Source of the DNA: Alphaproteobacteria bacterium
GTDB taxonomy: Bacteria; Pseudomonadota; Alphaproteobacteria; SP197
DNA length: 64,000 nucleotides
Direction: 5' to 3'
NCBI GenBank assembly: GCA_964291265.2
Contig: OZ219747.1
Coordinates: 3,232,001-3,296,000 of the forward strand
Positions 14,328-23,463 of the stretch are shown piece by piece. The position numbers were made by a program, and so were the translations under genes. Positions within the stretch are counted from its first letter, which is position 1; each line of letters begins with the position of its first letter. Under the pieces are notes generated by a model. That model did not search any database, was not told where the DNA came from, and was given only the letters and a program-made list of their open reading frames with translations.

Positions 14328-15817
14328 GTCTTGTTCCTGGCGCTGGCTTCGGGCCTGTCGTAGGCGTCGAGAGCGGTCCCCCGCGGCGTCGTGCCACGGC
14401 CGCCGCGGCCGTCGTCGGCGATGCTGAGGGGCGGCAGGCCCTGCTCCCGGCGGCGCTCCTCGATGATGACGCGCACGGTTTCGGGGTGGCACGAGCCGCG
14501 CTCCAGCGCCGTGGCGACAGCCCGGTCGAGAGCGTCGGCGCCGTGCGCGTTGAGAAGCGTCTCCAGCATCCGGGCGCAGGAGGCCACGTTGCGCCCGTTG
14601 GTCCCGGCGCGCGCCAGCATCTCCTCGGCCCGCGGCACGGTGCGCAGGACCCGGTCGCGGACGCTCATGGAGCGGGCCCGCCGCTTGCCCGCGGCGATCG
14701 CCCTGGCATGCTCCGGATCGGTGACGGCCTGCTTCCTGTCGTAGGAGCGTCGGTGGCGCGCGACCTCGTCGGCGCCGTCGAGGATGCGAACCTCGTCGCG
14801 GTCGGCGACCAGCGTCAGCAGGGCCTTGGAGAAGCTACCCGGAACGCTGTAGTCGTTGGTGTCGAAGCGGGCGTGGCAGGTCTTGTCGATGCGCACCGGG
14901 CGGACCTCGTGATGCGGGAAGGGGTCGACGGGAAGGACGATCAGGTGCTCCCTCTCCCGGGCGAAGGCGTCCCGCACCAGGAGACTGTCGTCGTCCGGCC
15001 AGGGCCGCTCCGCGGCGGCGCCGAAGCACCACTCCCGAACTGCGGCGTTGAGCTCGCCGAGCGGGACCGTGATGTCGCGCCCGGCGAAGAACCCGGTGCG
15101 CGCGAAGCGCACACGGCGTTCCACGCGGCCCTTCTCCTGCGGGCTCCTGGGCCAGGCGGCGCTCGGTTCGAAGGCATAGTGGGCCGCGAGGCCGAGCAGC
15201 ATCGGATGATAGGTGACCGCCTTGCCGCGGCGCGTCACCACGGCACTCTTCAGGTTGTCGTACAGAAGCCTCCGCGGCACACCCCCGAATGCCGCGAAAG
15301 CCTCGACATGGCCTTGCAGGAAGCTGGCCATCCGCGCGTCGTGGAACAGGCTCAGGACAGTCTGGCGCGAGTAGCTGAGGGTGACGAGAAGCCCCATGAG
15401 CCTGCGCTCCGCCCGGCCAATGCGGACCTTCCCGAACTCGGCCCAGTCAACCTGCGCCTGCTCGCCCGGAAGGAAGCTCAGCCGCAGCGACGGCTCGGGC
15501 CTCTTCACCGGCCTCAGCCCAAGGCGGCGCAGGTCGTGACGGAAGTGATCCTCGCCGCCGCGGTAGCCCAGAGCCACGACCTGTCGCCAGAGCGTGCTGG
15601 CCGGAAGGTCCGGCGACGCCTCAAGACGCTCCCCGAGGAAGGCAACGAAGGGGTCGATGAGCTTGGCCCGCGGCCGCCGCTCCTGCCCCGACGCCTTGAG
15701 CGCCCGCGTCACCGTGCCGTGGTGCACGCCGAGATGCCGGGCAATCGTCCCCACAGCCCAGCCCTCGGCCCGCGACAGCCGCACGATCGTCGCCCGCGTG
15801 TCCTCGTCGATCGCCAT
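14324..15817 (-). CDS. istA: IS21 transposase IstA
   Basis: N-terminal HTH; PGEQAQVDW, LYDNLKS, KGRVER DDE motifs; FDTNDYSVP. Confidence 0.95.
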   Translation of the reverse strand: MAIDEDTRATIVRLSRAEGWAVGTIARHLGVHHGTVTRALKASGQERRPRAKLIDPFVAFLGERLEASPDLPASTLWRQVVALGYRGGEDHFRHDLRRLGLRPVKRPEPSLRLSFLPGEQAQVDWAEFGKVRIGRAERRLMGLLVTLSYSRQTVLSLFHDARMASFLQGHVEAFAAFGGVPRRLLYDNLKSAVVTRRGKAVTYHPMLLGLAAHYAFEPSAAWPRSPQEKGRVERRVRFARTGFFAGRDITVPLGELNAAVREWCFGAAAERPWPDDDSLLVRDAFAREREHLIVLPVDPFPHHEVRPVRIDKTCHARFDTNDYSVPGSFSKALLTLVADRDEVRILDGADEVARHRRSYDRKQAVTDPEHARAIAAGKRRARSMSVRDRVLRTVPRAEEMLARAGTNGRNVASCARMLETLLNAHGADALDRAVATALERGSCHPETVRVIIEERRREQGLPPLSIADDGRGGRGTTPRGTALDAYDRPEASARNKT

Positions 15818-15849
15818 GAACTCCCTCCCTTTGGTTCCTCAACGCCGCA

Positions 15850-16326
15850 TCACAGGTCCCTCAGCACCACATGCGTCACGACCCGTCCGCACCGGGCGCA
15901 CCGAAGCGGCGATTCGCGTCGCTCTTGCGCCTTCACAACCGCAGGTAGGGAGGTCGGCAGCAGTCGGGAAGGGTGGTCCGTAACGATTTCTTCGGAACCG
16001 GCGTCTCCAGACACCGCCGGAACGTCGCCAAGCAGCACCACAGCAGACGTCTGCGTGTCCATGATCTCGGCAACCATCGCCGCCCTGGCCTTCAACGCAC
16101 GCGCCTCCTCCGCCTTGCGGAGCCGGTAACGCCGCTGGCGGTGACGGCCCGTCTCACGGCCCTTCAGCGTGCTCTGGTAGCGACGACGCGACGCGCGGCG
16201 CCGCTCGATCCGGGACCGCTCCCTGCACTCCTTGGAGCAATACACATGCCCCCGGTCACACGACCGGCAGAGAACAACCTGCCGCTGACACCGCCTGCAG
16301 TTGAACAGTCGTCCCGTCGTGCACAC
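15850..16326 (-). CDS. Cys-rich Zn-finger hypothetical protein upstream of istA
   Basis: LFNCRRCQRQVVLCRSCDRGHVYCSKEC, an Arg-rich helix and a C-terminal RCARCG. The start is uncertain (16326 or 16380). Confidence 0.7.
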   Translation of the reverse strand: MCTTGRLFNCRRCQRQVVLCRSCDRGHVYCSKECRERSRIERRRASRRRYQSTLKGRETGRHRQRRYRLRKAEEARALKARAAMVAEIMDTQTSAVVLLGDVPAVSGDAGSEEIVTDHPSRLLPTSLPAVVKAQERRESPLRCARCGRVVTHVVLRDL

Positions 16327-16807
16327 GATCCGTCTCGAGAGCGGGGGTGGACCCGGACGCAAAATGGCTCGACAATACACGGGAGTTCGGTCCCCCGTGA
16401 CCGGCTCGTCCGGGTGCTGCGCCGGGGGGCGTCACAACTCCGCCCGGCATCGCATCGCTCTTTCTCTTGATGCCGATCTAGCATCCACCCGGGGCGGCGG
16501 CAAAGACGCCGCCCCGGGACCGGACAACGCGACCCGCCCACAGGGAAGACAAACAATCCCGCGAGTGCCTCGGAACCGGAACCCTCCCGGCAACCGTCAC
16601 CAAAACCGAAGCAGAGGTCGACGGAACAACCCGAACCGGACCAAAACGACAATAGGAAAAGACGGCGGCGCTCGGGGAGACAACCAGCCGAACACTCAAA
16701 CCACGACAACAGGACGTGACAATAGGACCTGACAACAGGGAAGAAACACGACCCTGACAAAGCGCGGCAAATCGCCGAAATCCCGCCGTTCTATGCAGCC
16801 ATCAACA

Positions 16808-17395
16808 AAGCTCCGGTTCCGTTCGCGCCAGGTGGGTGAGAGCGGCGATGCGCCAGGCAATCACCGCGTTGATGGCCACGGCCCGTTCGATGCGTCCCCC
16901 GGTACGATGCGCGATCGTCTCCACCTTGCAGCCCGACTTGAGGATCCTGTGCCAGTCCTCGATCCACCACCTCAACCCGTAGAGCCGCACCACCTCGCGG
17001 GCCTGGTGCAGGCTCGTGACAGGCAGGGTCGTGAGCAGGGTCCACGACACCGGTTGTGACCCGTCGTCGGGCCTGTCCACCTCCCCGGCATGGATCGCGG
17101 TCAGCACCACCGGCTCCGCTCCGAAGCGCGCCCTTGTGTGTGCAGGCGGCGGGATCTCGAGTGTCAGTCAGCGCAGGCTCACCTGCGCCTGGCGCCTCGC
17201 TCGCCCGACGGAGGCCTTCTGCGCCCCTGTCGAACGTCGCCCCGACAATCGCTCCACCGTGAGGGAGAACTGTCCGCCTTCCGGCGCCGTGCGCACACGC
17301 TCGAACAGCTTGGGCCGGCCGCGGCCGAAGCTGCGGTCATGGCGCGCCCGCACCAGCAGCGCCAGACGGCGGCAGCCCGCCGCACGGTGCTCGTG
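16808..17395 (-). pseudogene. IS4-family transposase, central fragment (5'-truncated, internal stop)
   Basis: LLVRARHDR...WTLLTTLPV...YGLRWWIEDWHRILKSGCKVE (IS4 YREK motif). TGA at 17168-17170. Confidence 0.88.
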
Positions 17396-17770
17396 GCACC
17401 GCAACACCATGAAGGAAGCGGCATGAACTGGAGACTTGTGCTTGGCGCCACCCCGCTTGCCCTTTTCGCTATGGTCGCTCCCGCGAATGCCGATCCATGT
17501 GAAGGTCCTCTACCCAATCGGCCTGGCGTCGAGTTCTCGGGCAGGACTTTCCTACGCTACGGCTGATTTTTCGGGAAGCCGATGAATCGCGCCCGAATCG
17601 ACCATCTGATCTTTCGCGAGGCCGACGAATCGAGGCCGAATCGGGATGTCCTGGACGGATTCCGTGGCTTCAGTGCCGTCCGCATGGCGACACCGGCAGC
17701 GTTTTCGGCCCGGATGCTTGGTTCTTGATGTTCTAGCAGCGTTCCGGGGTCCCCGGACGCTCAAGGCGTC

Positions 17771-19789
17771 TCAGGGCCGGGTCAGGGCGTTGATGGCCTC
17801 GCGACGGTCCAGTTGTAGGCGGCGCCGGGTTTCGGCGAGGCTTTCGGCCTCGCGGCGGTTGGCGAAGATCACCGCGAGCGCGATGTTGTTGAGGCTGGCC
17901 CGGTTCGCCGGGCCGTTGTCGGTGCGGGTCAGGCAGGCGTCTTCGCCGAAGACGCAATCCCTTTGTCGATGGTTCAGATTTTCCACGGCCCAGTGGCGGC
18001 GGTTCAGTCGCAGCAACTCTTCCGGCGACGTGGCCCCCGTATCGAGAGAGGTGATGATGTAATCGGTTTCCGTGTAATCCTTCTCTTCTTGCTTCCCGGC
18101 ATCGCCGGAGCCTTTCTTCCCGGCATCGCCGGGGCCTTTCTTCCCGGCATCGCCGGGGCCTTTCTTCCCGGCATCGCCGGGGCCTTTCTTCCCGGCATCG
18201 CCGGAGCCTTCCTTCCCGGCATCGCCGGAGCCTTCCTTCCCGGCATCGCCGGGGCCTTCCTTCCCGGCATCGCCGGAGCCTTCCTTCCCGGCATCGCCGG
18301 AGCCTTTCTTCCACGGCTCCCGATAGCGGGTGATGCGGGCGACCTGACGGACGCCCGGATAGTTGATCAGACCGTCCAACGGGACGAGGACGCTGATCGA
18401 ACGCTGCTCCAGTCGACCGTGCGCCTTGTCGAACGGCTCCGTGAAGTGGCCGGTAGCGTCTTTTTGCCAATTGATGCTGTCGAGGATGGCGAAGGTCTCC
18501 GGAGCGTTGCCCTTGACGACGAAGACGTAATCCGCGCGTTGTGTGATCAGCTTCGCGGTATGGCGTGTCGTGTGCAGCGCGTCGAGGGTGATCACCTTGC
18601 CGCCGATGTCGCTGCGCTCCAGGAGATCGTGCATGGCCGCCAGTTCGCCGCCTTCGTCGTTGAAGTTCAGGAGGGAAAAGGGCGCGCCGGTCTCATGGTC
18701 GACAAGGGCCACGGTCTCGTGACGGCCATCGCCGTTGCGGTTGGCGCCGCGGATGCGCTTGCCGTCGGCGGCGAGTGCACGGGCGAGGTGAAGCCGAGGC
18801 CGGGACCAGCGGGTGAGCACATCCTCCAGAGCCTCGGGGTCGATCGACTGGATAACCCGGTGGATGGTGGACTTGGAGACGGGCTCGCGAAGCCCCGTCT
18901 TCGGGTTAAGCCAGGCGCCGATGGCCTCCAACTCCTCCTGGGACAGGGACCGCGCGAACTGCGCGGCGGCGACACAGCCCTTCATGTTGGCGAACTCGGC
19001 GAGCACGTGCACGGTGAGCACCGATGCCGCGGTATGCTTCCTTCCCTGCGCCCGGCGGAAGTCGGGAATGGCCGCGAGCTCGGCGTAGAGCGAGCGCAGC
19101 ACCTTGGGGTCCCGGGGCGCCAGTTCGGGGCATGAGGGCGGCGCCACGTCGGGGGGAAGCGGCAGTGGGCTCGACAGCAGCGCCCGGGCATCGCGCCTCA
19201 GTGCCGTAACGTAGATATCCTTGGGCTTGCCGTGAGGATCGGTGTAACGCCCGTTGGAGCGGGCAAACCCCTTGGTCTCACCCAGACACGTCCAGCCCGC
19301 AGCCTTCAACATCGTGCCGGCAAAGATCTCCGGATCGCAGAACGTCTCCGCCAGCAACACCCCGTGGCCGTGCACCTGCAGCCAATCGTCACAGAGCCGG
19401 CGCGTCATGCACGCAAGGAAACAGGAAGCAAGGTTCGCAAACACCCCGGGCTTGGAGAGGATCAAGAACCGCGTGTTGTTGGCTACCATCGAGAGCCGCT
19501 GGAACTGCTGCTCCGGCTTCCAGCCGGTCCACTGGTCGCGGGGAGCGCACTTGAAGGCGCCGTTCTGCCACGCCGCCAGCCCCAGCCAATGGCCCCTGAA
19601 GGTCGCAAGGTAGCGCAGACCGCGACCCGCCAGGCGACGGAAGCCGAGATAGTGGTGCTTGTTCATCAGCGCGTCCCACAGCGGACGCTCCTCCGGCCTC
19701 GCCAGGCGAACATCGACCTCAGACAGGGAAAAACCCTCAGGTGCTTCCTGATGGATCGGGACAGCTTCCATGAGCTTGCGAATCGACAT
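17771..19789 (-). CDS. DUF4338(DruA-like)-ISAs1 transposase fusion
   Basis: N-terminal HHYLG...CAPRDQWTGW...NNTRFLIL...NLAS...LAETFCDP (DUF4338). C-terminal IPDFRRAQG, AADGKRIRG, ITLDALHT, KAHGRLEQR and HWAVEN...FGED (ISAs1). Start codon approximate. Confidence 0.9.
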   Translation of the reverse strand: MSIRKLMEAVPIHQEAPEGFSLSEVDVRLARPEERPLWDALMNKHHYLGFRRLAGRGLRYLATFRGHWLGLAAWQNGAFKCAPRDQWTGWKPEQQFQRLSMVANNTRFLILSKPGVFANLASCFLACMTRRLCDDWLQVHGHGVLLAETFCDPEIFAGTMLKAAGWTCLGETKGFARSNGRYTDPHGKPKDIYVTALRRDARALLSSPLPLPPDVAPPSCPELAPRDPKVLRSLYAELAAIPDFRRAQGRKHTAASVLTVHVLAEFANMKGCVAAAQFARSLSQEELEAIGAWLNPKTGLREPVSKSTIHRVIQSIDPEALEDVLTRWSRPRLHLARALAADGKRIRGANRNGDGRHETVALVDHETGAPFSLLNFNDEGGELAAMHDLLERSDIGGKVITLDALHTTRHTAKLITQRADYVFVVKGNAPETFAILDSINWQKDATGHFTEPFDKAHGRLEQRSISVLVPLDGLINYPGVRQVARITRYREPWKKGSGDAGKEGSGDAGKEGPGDAGKEGSGDAGKEGSGDAGKKGPGDAGKKGPGDAGKKGPGDAGKKGSGDAGKQEEKDYTETDYIITSLDTGATSPEELLRLNRRHWAVENLNHRQRDCVFGEDACLTRTDNGPANRASLNNIALAVIFANRREAESLAETRRRLQLDRREAINALTRP
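18092..18312. repeat. 24-bp VNTR x9 encoding (K/E)G(S/P)GDAGK inside the transposase
   Basis: CTTCCCGGCATCGCCGG(A/G)GCCTT(T/C) repeated 9 times, in frame. Confidence 0.97.
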
Positions 19790-20294
19790 GACCGGACCGT
19801 CGCACATCCCAAGCGGGATGGCCAGCGGAAAATGTCCGCGCGCGTGCAACATACGAACGCCTGACGTCAAGTGAAATCAAGCGAATTCCAGCGTGGGAAG
19901 GCCTTGAGTTCTCGGGTACGGTTCGATATGTCGGCGACGGTGATATCCTCTGTGTGGGTCAGACGGCCGACCCGGATCATTGGATCGAAGTTCGGACCGC
20001 GGACTTCGATGCCCTGGAACTTCACAAGCCGGGTGGTGAAGCGGCCAAGGCAGCACTTGTTCGATTGGCCCTTGGCCAGCCTGTCGCTTGCACCACAGCA
20101 CGAGGTCGAAGTGGCCGTGTCGTTTCCTTCGACCGGGTGATCGTCCGCTACCGTATCGGCTCCACGAGCATCGGAGACCTGCTCCGTCGGGCTGGCGTTG
20201 CCGAAGGTGGGAACTGACGACCGCCGACCGAGTAGGGAGCCAGTTCGACGGTCGGTCGGAGCCTCGCTCATGGCACAGGCGGGCAGCGCCAGAT

Positions 20295-20363
20295 TGTCCG
20301 AAAAATGCGGCAAACTTCCGACAGGACTTGTTGCTGTCCGAAAAATGTATCATATATAGGACA
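20295..20363 (+). promoter_or_regulatory. Putative AbiEi autoregulatory operator repeats
   Basis: TGTCCGAAAAATG occurs twice, 40 bp apart (20295, 20335), each followed by an inverted half (TTCCGACA, GGACA), directly upstream of the antitoxin start. Confidence 0.55.
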
Positions 20364-21073
20364 TGGCGACCTCAGCACACAATGGTGACCTTCGCTCACG
20401 GCTCCTCGCCCGGATCGCCTCCAGCCCGAACGAAGTCTGGACGCCCGGTGATTTCGCCGATCTTGGCGGCCGCGCCGCCGTCGACAAGACCCTGCAGCGC
20501 CTCACCGCCGCAGGCGATCTGCGCCGTATCGACCGCGGTCTCTACGATCAGCCCCGCAAGAATGAGCTGACCGGTCGCTCCACCGTGCCCGATTATCGCG
20601 CCGTCATCCGCGCTGTCATCCGTCGCGACCAGGCGCGCGCCGTGGTGGACGGTATGACTGCTGCCAACGATCTCGGCCTCACCACTGCCGTGCCGGCGCA
20701 CATCGAGGTGCTGGTCGACGCGCGTCTGAAGCCGATCAAGCTCGGTAGCCAAGAAATCCACTTCAAGTTCGCCGCGCCCAGTCGCCTCTATTGGGCCGGC
20801 CGGCCAGCGATGCGCGTTGTCCAGGCGCTGCACTGGATGCAGGACATGCTTGCGCAGGACGATGAGCGCACCCGCGTCCAAGCCGCGCTGCACCGCCTTT
20901 TCGCAGACCCGCAGCACGGGCAGGTCATCCGCGATGATCTGAGCGCCGGCCTCTCCGCGCTTCCGATCTGGATGCAGGAGTTCCTGCGAGGCCTGCTGGC
21001 GCAACCGATGCAGACGAGCGCCAGTCATGACCAACGCCGCGTACAGGCAGATCATCGCCGCGCCGCCGGCTAA
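20363..21073 (+). CDS. abiEi: Type IV TA antitoxin AbiEi-like (DUF6088)
   Basis: VWTPGDFADLGGRAAVDKTLQRL...RRIDRGLY wHTH and AANDLGLTTAVP. Directly upstream of abiEii. Confidence 0.85.
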   Translation: MATSAHNGDLRSRLLARIASSPNEVWTPGDFADLGGRAAVDKTLQRLTAAGDLRRIDRGLYDQPRKNELTGRSTVPDYRAVIRAVIRRDQARAVVDGMTAANDLGLTTAVPAHIEVLVDARLKPIKLGSQEIHFKFAAPSRLYWAGRPAMRVVQALHWMQDMLAQDDERTRVQAALHRLFADPQHGQVIRDDLSAGLSALPIWMQEFLRGLLAQPMQTSASHDQRRVQADHRRAAG

Positions 21074-22064
21074 CCGGCTTGATCTGTTTCTCACCACCGC
21101 CAATCGGCTCGGCACGCCGATCGGCAATGTCGAAAAGGATTTCTGGGTCTGCTGGACTCTGAACGCGCTCTATCACGAGCGGCCCGCCGACGGGCCGCGC
21201 CTCCTGTTCAAGGGCGGCACCTCGTTGTCGAAGGCCTATGGTCTGATCGAGCGCTTCTCCGAGGACATCGACGTCACCGTCTTCCGCGACGACCTCAATG
21301 AGGCCGCTTTGGTCGAGGAACTGGAGGCCCTGTCGAACAAGAAACGCCGCGCCAGGCTCGATGCAATCCGGGACGCGTGCCGTGCCTACATCACAGGCCC
21401 GCTCCACGAATTCCTCAGTGCGCAACTTGCCGACGCCACCAATGGCACCGGGCGTGTCGAGATCGACGAAGCCGATCCCGACGGACAGACATTGCTGGTC
21501 TGGTATCCCGAGGTCGAGCCGCGCGACGGCGCCTATGTTCGGCCGGCCGTGCGGATCGAGTCCGGCGCGAAGTCAGCGCTCGATCCCAACCGTCCCGTTA
21601 CAATTCGACCCTATGTCAGTGAGGAGGTCGGTCAGCTCGATCTGACGGTCGCCGACGTCACCACGATCAAACCCACGCGCACCTTCTGGGACAAGGTGGT
21701 GATCGCCCATGGCTTGCGGCGCTGGTACGAGCGGCGTGGTGTGCTTCGGCAGGAAGGCCAGCGCGTGTCGCGGCACTATTACGACCTGCATTGCCTGCTC
21801 GGTTCGGAGGTCGGACAAGCGGCGCTTGTGGACCCCAGCCTCGGCGCTGATTGCGTGCGCCATGCGCGCATGTTCTTCGACCGCCCGGACTATGATCTGG
21901 CTTCCGCAGCACCTGGCACATTCGCGATCGCGCCGGTCGGCGGGATGATTGACGCGCTCAGCGGTGACTATGCCAACACGACGGCCATGATTTTTGGTAC
22001 GGCGCCCGAGTTCGATGCCGTCCTTGCATCCATCAACGAAATCGACCGCACAATAAATCGATAG
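21027..22064 (+). CDS. abiEii: Type IV TA toxin AbiEii nucleotidyltransferase
   Basis: VEKDFWV, LFKGGTSLSKAYGLIERFSEDID, RTFWDK and RHYYDL. Confidence 0.93.
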   Translation: MTNAAYRQIIAAPPANRLDLFLTTANRLGTPIGNVEKDFWVCWTLNALYHERPADGPRLLFKGGTSLSKAYGLIERFSEDIDVTVFRDDLNEAALVEELEALSNKKRRARLDAIRDACRAYITGPLHEFLSAQLADATNGTGRVEIDEADPDGQTLLVWYPEVEPRDGAYVRPAVRIESGAKSALDPNRPVTIRPYVSEEVGQLDLTVADVTTIKPTRTFWDKVVIAHGLRRWYERRGVLRQEGQRVSRHYYDLHCLLGSEVGQAALVDPSLGADCVRHARMFFDRPDYDLASAAPGTFAIAPVGGMIDALSGDYANTTAMIFGTAPEFDAVLASINEIDRTINR

Positions 22065-22398
22065 TACGCGACGTGAGTTTCACGTCGCCGCAACCCCGCA
22101 AGGACGTCTGGTCCCTCGAAAGGGATTGGCGGCGCGCCCTCAACCGATAGAATCCAGGCGACCGGGCATGCGTGCAACCGTGCTGACGTGAGCATGGCCT
22201 TTTTCACGGTCTGGCTGGCGGAACGCTTGCCGTCATGCCCTTCGGGCGATGGACCGTTTGGCATGCGCGAGCCGGCAACGCCTCTTTTCGGATCGATCTG
22301 GTCTCGGGACGCTATCTGGAAACGGGCTTGATTCGCCGGAGGCCGGGAAAACCCGGTAAAATCAAGGCTGTATAGAAGGTTCAAAATATCCCGTCATA

Positions 22399-23233
22399 TT
22401 CGGGTCAAGTCTCTTGTCCCGTCACCTTCACTGGCCTGACGCCGGGAACCGGATGTGCGGTTTCCGGTTGGCAGGAATTTTCCGGCCCGTGGCGACGGAT
22501 AAAGCAGCTGGGGCCTGGTCGGCGAACCGGCCTCGGGCGTGTTCACTGTTGTCTGAGCGATGCGATCTGGGCGTAGACGACGCCGGCCAGGATGACGAGG
22601 CCGCCGGCGATCTGTGCGGGCTGAAGCACGGTGCCGAACCAGGCAGCGAGGCCGATGGCCGCGACCGGCACCAGGTTCCCCCACAAGGTCATGGGCGTGA
22701 CGCCCAGCCTGTTGACCCCGACGTGCCACATGAGATTGCCGAGCGCGATCGGGACGACGCCGATGGTGACGGCGAGTGCGATTGTCGTGTCGGTCAGCGG
22801 CGCATGCAGGGTCACGAGGCCGGATGCCCATGCGATCGACACTGCGGCCGTGAGAAGGGCGCTTCCCGGCAGGATGGTGTAGGCGGCGATTTCCGTCTGG
22901 CTGAAGCCCTTGAACCAACGCTGTGCGGCGACCGAATGCCATGTCCAGGTCACAAGGGCGAGAAGCATGAACCCTTCGCCGCCCGTCACGCTCGCATTCG
23001 AGAATTCGTGGATCTTGACCACGAGTCCGCCGGTCACCGCCAGGGTGATGCCGATGATGATGCCCCGGGCAGGTGGAATGGCGAAGAACACCCTGGCCAC
23101 CACGGCGGCGATGAGGGGCGCCATGGCGTAGACGATGGCAACGGCAACGGATCCGGCCGAGAAGACGGCAAGGGTGGTCAGCAGCGAGGCGCAGAACGGA
23201 CCCGTGAATCCGAGGATCGCCATGCGTCGCCAG
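22399..23233. repeat. Direct repeat copy 2
   Basis: Matches 10301-11161. Confidence 0.95.
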
Positions 23234-23463
23234 GGGAGCGCTCGGTGGATCGGGAAACGCCGTGTACGCACCCACAGCAACGTGACGAGGAGAGTGGCTC
23301 CGATGACCTGGCGCGACAGGGTCGTCGAGAGGATGTCCCAGTGATCCAGCAGCAGTTCGATCAGGGGAAAGTTCATGCCCCAGGCAACGACGAGAACGAG
23401 CGCTGCTCCGTTTCCGGAGAGCAGCGCACTGCGGGTGGGGGAGGGCGCCGGCGGCGCGTCCAA
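22543..23463 (-). CDS. EamA/DMT family transporter (intact)
   Basis: About 10 hydrophobic segments; WGMNFP and NLVPVAA motifs. TTG start abuts the upstream stop. Confidence 0.88.
   Translation of the reverse strand: MDAPPAPSPTRSALLSGNGAALVLVVAWGMNFPLIELLLDHWDILSTTLSRQVIGATLLVTLLWVRTRRFPIHRALPWRRMAILGFTGPFCASLLTTLAVFSAGSVAVAIVYAMAPLIAAVVARVFFAIPPARGIIIGITLAVTGGLVVKIHEFSNASVTGGEGFMLLALVTWTWHSVAAQRWFKGFSQTEIAAYTILPGSALLTAAVSIAWASGLVTLHAPLTDTTIALAVTIGVVPIALGNLMWHVGVNRLGVTPMTLWGNLVPVAAIGLAAWFGTVLQPAQIAGGLVILAGVVYAQIASLRQQ

Larger units (their letters stand above)
11461..16807 (-). mobile_element. IS21-family element with passenger genes (5347 bp)
   Basis: Imperfect terminal IRs TGTCGGCGGCGATTTAGAACGGCGGG / TGTTGATGGCTGCATAGAACGGCGGG. 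5-bp target duplication AAGCT at 11456-11460 and 16808-16812. Contains istA and istB. Confidence 0.92.
17542..19906 (-). mobile_element. ISAs1-family insertion sequence (2365 bp)
   Basis: IRs CAGGACTTTCCTACGCT / CAAGGCCTTCCCACGCT. 10-bp target duplication AGTTCTCGGG at 17532-17541 and 19907-19916. Confidence 0.92.
17423..20217 (+). pseudogene. Secreted thermonuclease (SNase-like), interrupted by ISAs1 (parts 17423-17541 and 19917-20217)
   Basis: Removing the insert gives a signal peptide plus ADPCEGPLPNRPGVEFSG|TVRYVGDGDILCVG...EVRTADFDALEL...VSFDRVI, matching SNase DGD and DxPE-like motifs. Confidence 0.8.

Noticed and set aside
18092-18312. Possible CRISPR array (also considered for the 27620-27836 and 63365-63618 repeats)
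   Set aside because: Units are tandem with no unique spacers, two of the three arrays are in-frame coding, and there are no cas genes.
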